The notes beneath the pieces were generated by a model that made no database searches, was not told the DNA's origin, and was given only the letters and a program-made list of their open reading frames with translations. From the human T2T-CHM13v2.0 reference genome, Homo sapiens: 64,000 bases of DNA. Of the stretch, positions 54,118 through 64,000 are shown in pieces. The stretch lies in assembly GCF_009914755.1 (NCBI RefSeq), contig NC_060935.1; one strand, written 5' to 3'. Both the position numbers and the translations under genes were made by a program. Each line of letters begins with the position of its first letter. The stretch's first letter is position 1.

Positions 54118-54824
54118 CTAAAAAAGAAAAGAAAACAAAAGAATCTCAAAGTTGCCAGGGACCTAGGGACTTGGCTTCCGACTCTGATGCGCTTTGTAAA
54201 CTACTAAAAGCTGGAGAAATAAGGGGCTGAGCCCAGCCCCACCTCCTGAATGAGCGGCCTTGGGCGAATCACTGCGTCTGGGCGCCTGGAGCTTCCCCGT
54301 CTGAAACAAAGTAGAGGATCCTACGGGAGGCGGAGTGCGAGAGCAAGGAACAAGGAAAGCCCTCGCCTTACACGCCGCGGCTTCCTGCAGAGCTGAGCCA
54401 CATCCAGTACGATGGGGACAACTTGGGCTCCCGATCCTGACAGACTTGGGTTCGAACCCTCAGGGACCTCGCGCGAGGCGCTTTAGTCAGTTTCTCCATC
54501 TGCAAAATGGGCCCGAGAGCAAGAATGAGGCAGCCCGCAGGCGGACGCTGCGGAGGGGCGCTCGGGGGCTGCAGCCGGGGGCGGGTCCGGGGGCGGGTCC
54601 AGCCGGCCGAGCCCCCGCGCGAGGGGGAGGGGCGCCGTCCGCTGCGTCGCGTCGCGCACCGCGCACAGCCCGTCGCTGTCTCCTCCAGCCGTCACTCGCG
54701 GAGCCCGCGCCGCCTTTGCGCGCGCGACCCTTACATAAGCGTCCCTCGCAGCGGTGCCGGCGCACGTCCACCCGCTCCGACCCGCCGCGGGAAGAGGACC
54801 GTGCGGAGCGCGGCGGACACTCAC

Positions 54825-54879
54825 CTCCTCGCCGTCGCCAGTCCTCGCCGCCGCCTCTACCGCTGCTGCCTCCACTGAC
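54825..54879 (-). other. PC: PC non-coding exon 1 from the distal (P2) promoter
   Basis: Minus strand GTCAGTGGAGGCAGCAGCGGTAGAGGCGGCGGCGAGGACTGGCGACGGCGAGGAG followed by consensus donor gtgagt (actcac at 54819-54824), inside a CpG island. Matches my recollection of the PC mRNA 5' end; the TSS position is approximate. Confidence 0.9.
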
Positions 54880-55300
54880 AGAGAACAGCTGCGGTCTCCG
54901 TGCAACCGAACTTGCTGCAGTCCCGGCCCCGCCTTACGGACTTCCTATTGGCCCAGACAGCCCAACCCCTCCCGTTATTGGGCAGTGTTCTCCGTCACTC
55001 CTCGCCCCTAGGCTCTGGACTCCTCCCTGTGCCCGCCTGTCCGTCACGTTTAAGCCTTGGCGCCCCACGTCAGCCCCGCCCCTCCCGTCCCCGGCGAGCG
55101 CCTGGATAAGTGGCGAGGCTGGGAGAGCCCGCCCCTGGCGCACCACCGCCTACTCCCTTGTCTCCGGAGCCTCACGTGGGCCGCCGGACCCTAGCCGACG
55201 CCCGCAATAGGCGGAAGTGGCCGGGCTGTGGCTCGCAGTTATTGGCTGTCGGCGGGGGTGGGGACGTTCGATTCATTCACCCGAGTAGCACGTGTCTCCC
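54880..55300 (-). promoter_or_regulatory. PC: PC distal promoter P2 (TATA-less; GC, CCAAT, E-box and ETS motifs)
   Basis: GC box ccccgcc 54927-54933; CCAAT (attgg) at 54947, 54977 and 55241; ETS cores at 54940-54945 and 55212-55219; CACGTG at 55173 and 55289; TGACGTGG (minus) at 55065-55072. Confidence 0.85.
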
Positions 55301-55633
55301 GAAGCTGCAAGCACAACAGTTCGCACTGGGGCTCAGGCATCCCGGCTAGACGCAGATACGCGCTGGCTAGCGGAGAAGAGGTCGCAGGAAAAGCTAACGT
55401 TAGCGAAGGGCAGGAGGAAGGAGAAGGCGCTTGTGCCACACGGGTTACATGACTATGTCCTTTAACAGCTGCGTAGATGATGATGGGGGTCTACAGTACG
55501 TCTGTGTGACCTTGGGCAAGCAACTTAACCTCTGAGTCTCGGTTTTGTCATCTGCAGAGCGAAGCTACTCAGGACCTAGGGGGTTTGGAAGCCTTGTTTG
55601 AGACACAAGACACTTGACAAGACCCAAGACACT

Positions 55634-56326
55634 TGTCAAAGAGGAAAGCTTTGACAAGTGGAACAAGTGACTGAGGCATAAGTCTCTGTCATCGAGGCTT
55701 ATTAATCCAGTTTGAGGGCGTGCTCGGGAAAAACACGAACCACAGACACATCCGTGGTTGTTTTTCCGAAGAGGTTTTCGGGAGGTTTAGTATTTATGCA
55801 TTTCCTTAAAGGGGGAATGAGGGGAAGGCATGTAGGAAGAAGGGCAAGTAGGCGATTAGGACAATAGTTACATTCCTATGGGACTTTAGCTAATGCCCGG
55901 TAAATCTACGTAAGATGAGATGAATGTCTGAAGAGAAAAAGAGAGTAAAGGAAGAGTCAGTTATGCAGATGTCTCTGAGTAGGTAGTTTTGACTTTGTTC
56001 TGCACCTGGGAAAATAAGCTTGTAATGACATTCTTATTGTGGAATTTTTAGGAGCTAGACTTAGATTGTAGACCTGAAGCTACAATTGACCTGTCCTTGT
56101 TTATGGGAGGCCAGCAAGAATTTACTTGTGAATGATCTGTGGGGGCAGCCCTTCCCAAATGCCTGAGGTTTTTACCTTTCCGTGTGGATATGGCTGATGC
56201 CTAATGCTAGTAACAGCTATTCTTTTGGAAGAGGGTGTTGCAGTGACTCAGCTTCAAGGCTTAATCTTCACTTTCGCATGAATTGGGGCGCTGGGGGGGG
56301 GTCCCGAGATTTTTACTTTCATTCAC
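55634..56326 (-). mobile_element. MER4-group ERV1 LTR upstream of P2
   Basis: Minus strand begins ...GAAAGTAAAAATCTCGGGACCCC, typical of MER4-family LTR 5' ends, and ends TTTGACA; subfamily uncertain. Confidence 0.65.
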
Positions 56327-56418
56327 CGCTGCGTAAACTGGGGTCTGTGCCAACCAGGGGATAAGGGAGTGACCAAACAAACCAAAATCCTGCCTTCAAA
56401 GGAGAGCAGACAGATTAA

Positions 56419-56440
<22 letters not shown>

Positions 56441-56458
<18 letters not shown>

Positions 56459-56746
56459 GAGACGGAGTCTCGCTCTGTCGCCCAGGCCGGACTGCGGACT
56501 GCAGTGGCGCAATCTCGGCTCACTGCAAGCTCCGCTTCCCGGGTTCACGCCATTCTCCTGCCTCAGCCTCCTGAGTAGCTGGGACTACAGGCGCCCGCCA
56601 CCGCGCCCGGCTAATTTTTTGTATTTTTAGTAGAGACGGGGTTTCACCTTGTTAGCCAGGATGGTCTCGATCTCCTGACCTCATGATCCACCCGCCTCGG
56701 CCTCCCAAAGTGCTGGGATTATAGGCGTGAGCCACCGCGCCCGGCC
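56441..56746 (-). mobile_element. AluYb8, full length, with TSD cagattaata
   Basis: ggactgcggactgc duplication, caccttgttagc, largely intact CpGs; TSD copies at 56411 and 56747. Confidence 0.92.
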
Positions 56747-57023
56747 CAGATTAATACATAGTACATCAGATGGTGATAAGGGCAAAGAGAAAAAATAACC
56801 TGCTTCCAAAAAGGAGAATCAAAGACTATGAGAACATCTTGCTAACTAGAAATTGTTTATTGAGCCTGGAGAGATCTGACTCTTCTCTCAGACTTCTTGT
56901 ATAAGTAGTTTCTCACTCCAACTTCCCTGTCATTCCTTCTACCCGTCCTGAAGAACTCCAACCTTGGGTTGGATCCGACACAGCTATTTTAGTAACAGAA
57001 CAAGGATTAAGATCCCAGTTCAC

Positions 57024-64000
<6,977 letters not shown>

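Larger units (their letters stand above)
54300..55450. promoter_or_regulatory. PC: CpG island spanning the PC distal promoter, exon 1 and proximal intron 1
   Basis: Abrupt rise in GC and CpG density, free of Alu sequence. Confidence 0.92.

Noticed and set aside
54335-55210. 291-aa plus-strand ORF and overlapping ORFs in the CpG island
   Set aside because: GTG start, low-complexity Arg/Pro/Ala composition and stop-codon scarcity expected from high GC; antisense to PC exon 1; no recognisable domain.

Overview
Human genomic DNA (AluYb8 elements are present), very Alu-dense. I recognise it as the 5' non-coding half of PC (pyruvate carboxylase, chr11q13.2), transcribed on the minus strand. It contains the CpG-island distal promoter (P2) with exon 1 (~54825-54879), a 188-nt cassette 5'-UTR exon (50752-50939), a 39-nt 5'-UTR exon (48933-48971) and the TATA-containing proximal promoter (P1) with its own first exon (~6110-6172). 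The AUG-bearing exon lies beyond position 1, so I call no CDS; the supplied ORFs are Alu- or GC-derived noise. The intron holds the MIR3163 hairpin, a processed U7 snRNA pseudogene and a sense-oriented MER11 solo LTR. The window also has MER4-group, LTR26 and MLT1 LTRs, MER2, L1/L2/MIR remnants and many Alus. The most interesting signal is a possible splicing-controlled translational switch in the PC leader. The cassette exon adds four upstream AUGs, one of whose ORFs ends 13 nt before the main AUG. The last leader exon also sets the Kozak -3 base, and candidate unannotated exons (an 8-nt microexon, a 35-nt exon with an in-frame acidic extension) could alter initiation or targeting. Also notable are a GATA-rich MER11 LTR between the two tissue-specific promoters and a TSD-less AluYb8 that looks like an Alu-Alu deletion junction. 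Gene and repeat names come from recognition, not database searches; repeat boundaries are approximate. I see no clearly new gene system; the findings are testable hypotheses.
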